A stretch of 64,000 nucleotides of DNA, taken from NCBI RefSeq assembly GCF_006345805.1, contig NC_043012.1, positions 46,004,001 through 46,068,000 of the forward strand, read 5' to 3'. A program made the position numbers and the translations under genes. Numbering within the stretch: the first letter of the stretch is position 1; every line of letters starts with the position of its first letter. The notes under the pieces were generated by a model. That model did no database searches. It was not told the origin of the DNA and worked only from the letters and a program-made list of their open reading frames with translations. The stretch is from Octopus sinensis (Eukaryota). This document shows positions 63,670 through 64,000 of the stretch, in pieces.

Positions 63670-63915
63670 ATACTAGGTGGTCTAAGTGGTATCGAAAAGT
63701 CCCCGGAGTGTTCTGTAGCGCACCAAAAGAGGGCACGCTTCCGTGCGCAGTGAGAGCTAGTAGTGACCATCATGCAGCGTACCGAGTGACAGCACTGTAT
63801 TTACTTCGCAAGTTTTGCAATTGGTGTTTTTGCAACCACTTACATGCTGTAGTCTGTGATTTTGTCATAGACAGAAGCAAAGAGCCAACGTGAAATTTTG
63901 CGTTGCACTTTATAA
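63670..63915 (+). mobile_element. 5' part of a related mariner copy
   Basis: GTGGTATCGAAAAGTCCCCGGA TIR-like start; GAGTGACA, TTTACTTCGC, TGTAGTCTG and GAAATTTTG matches to 17264-17510. Confidence 0.65.
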
Positions 63916-64000
63916 CTTTTGAGGAAGGACGCTCGGCGAAAGCGACATGATCTGTGAAGCGCGAAGGATAGGATCTGCCCCTGAGTTCTCCTCCCTCGTC

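Overview
AT-rich, repeat-dominated eukaryotic DNA. The SINE families and dense TA/CA/TAA microsatellites look like octopod cephalopod (Octopus) intronic or intergenic sequence; this assignment is from recall of the repeat families, not a search. No intact protein-coding gene is visible. Most ORF-track ORFs are microsatellite translations or retroelement remnants. Elements present: several tRNA-derived SINE families, four R4/Dong-type REL-endonuclease LINE fragments in (TAA)n tracts, a head-to-head pair of non-autonomous Helitrons, two Tc1/mariner families (one DD37D), an L1/Tx1-like insert with a 15-bp TSD inside a SINE, and Penelope-like (GIY-YIG) remnants. The main result is a non-coding tandem array at 27091-30008 of five ~590-bp units, each carrying a complete type-I hammerhead ribozyme fold (CUGAAGA / GAAAC / GUC, 6-bp stem I, palindromic stem III). 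A diverged 560-bp relative at 20740-21650 keeps the catalytic core with different but still pairing stem I sequences. Further hammerhead or hammerhead-like motifs lie at 25649, 34858, 61352-61615 and 61747. Together they suggest a retrozyme-like family of self-cleaving, possibly circular RNAs that may depend on Penelope-like elements.
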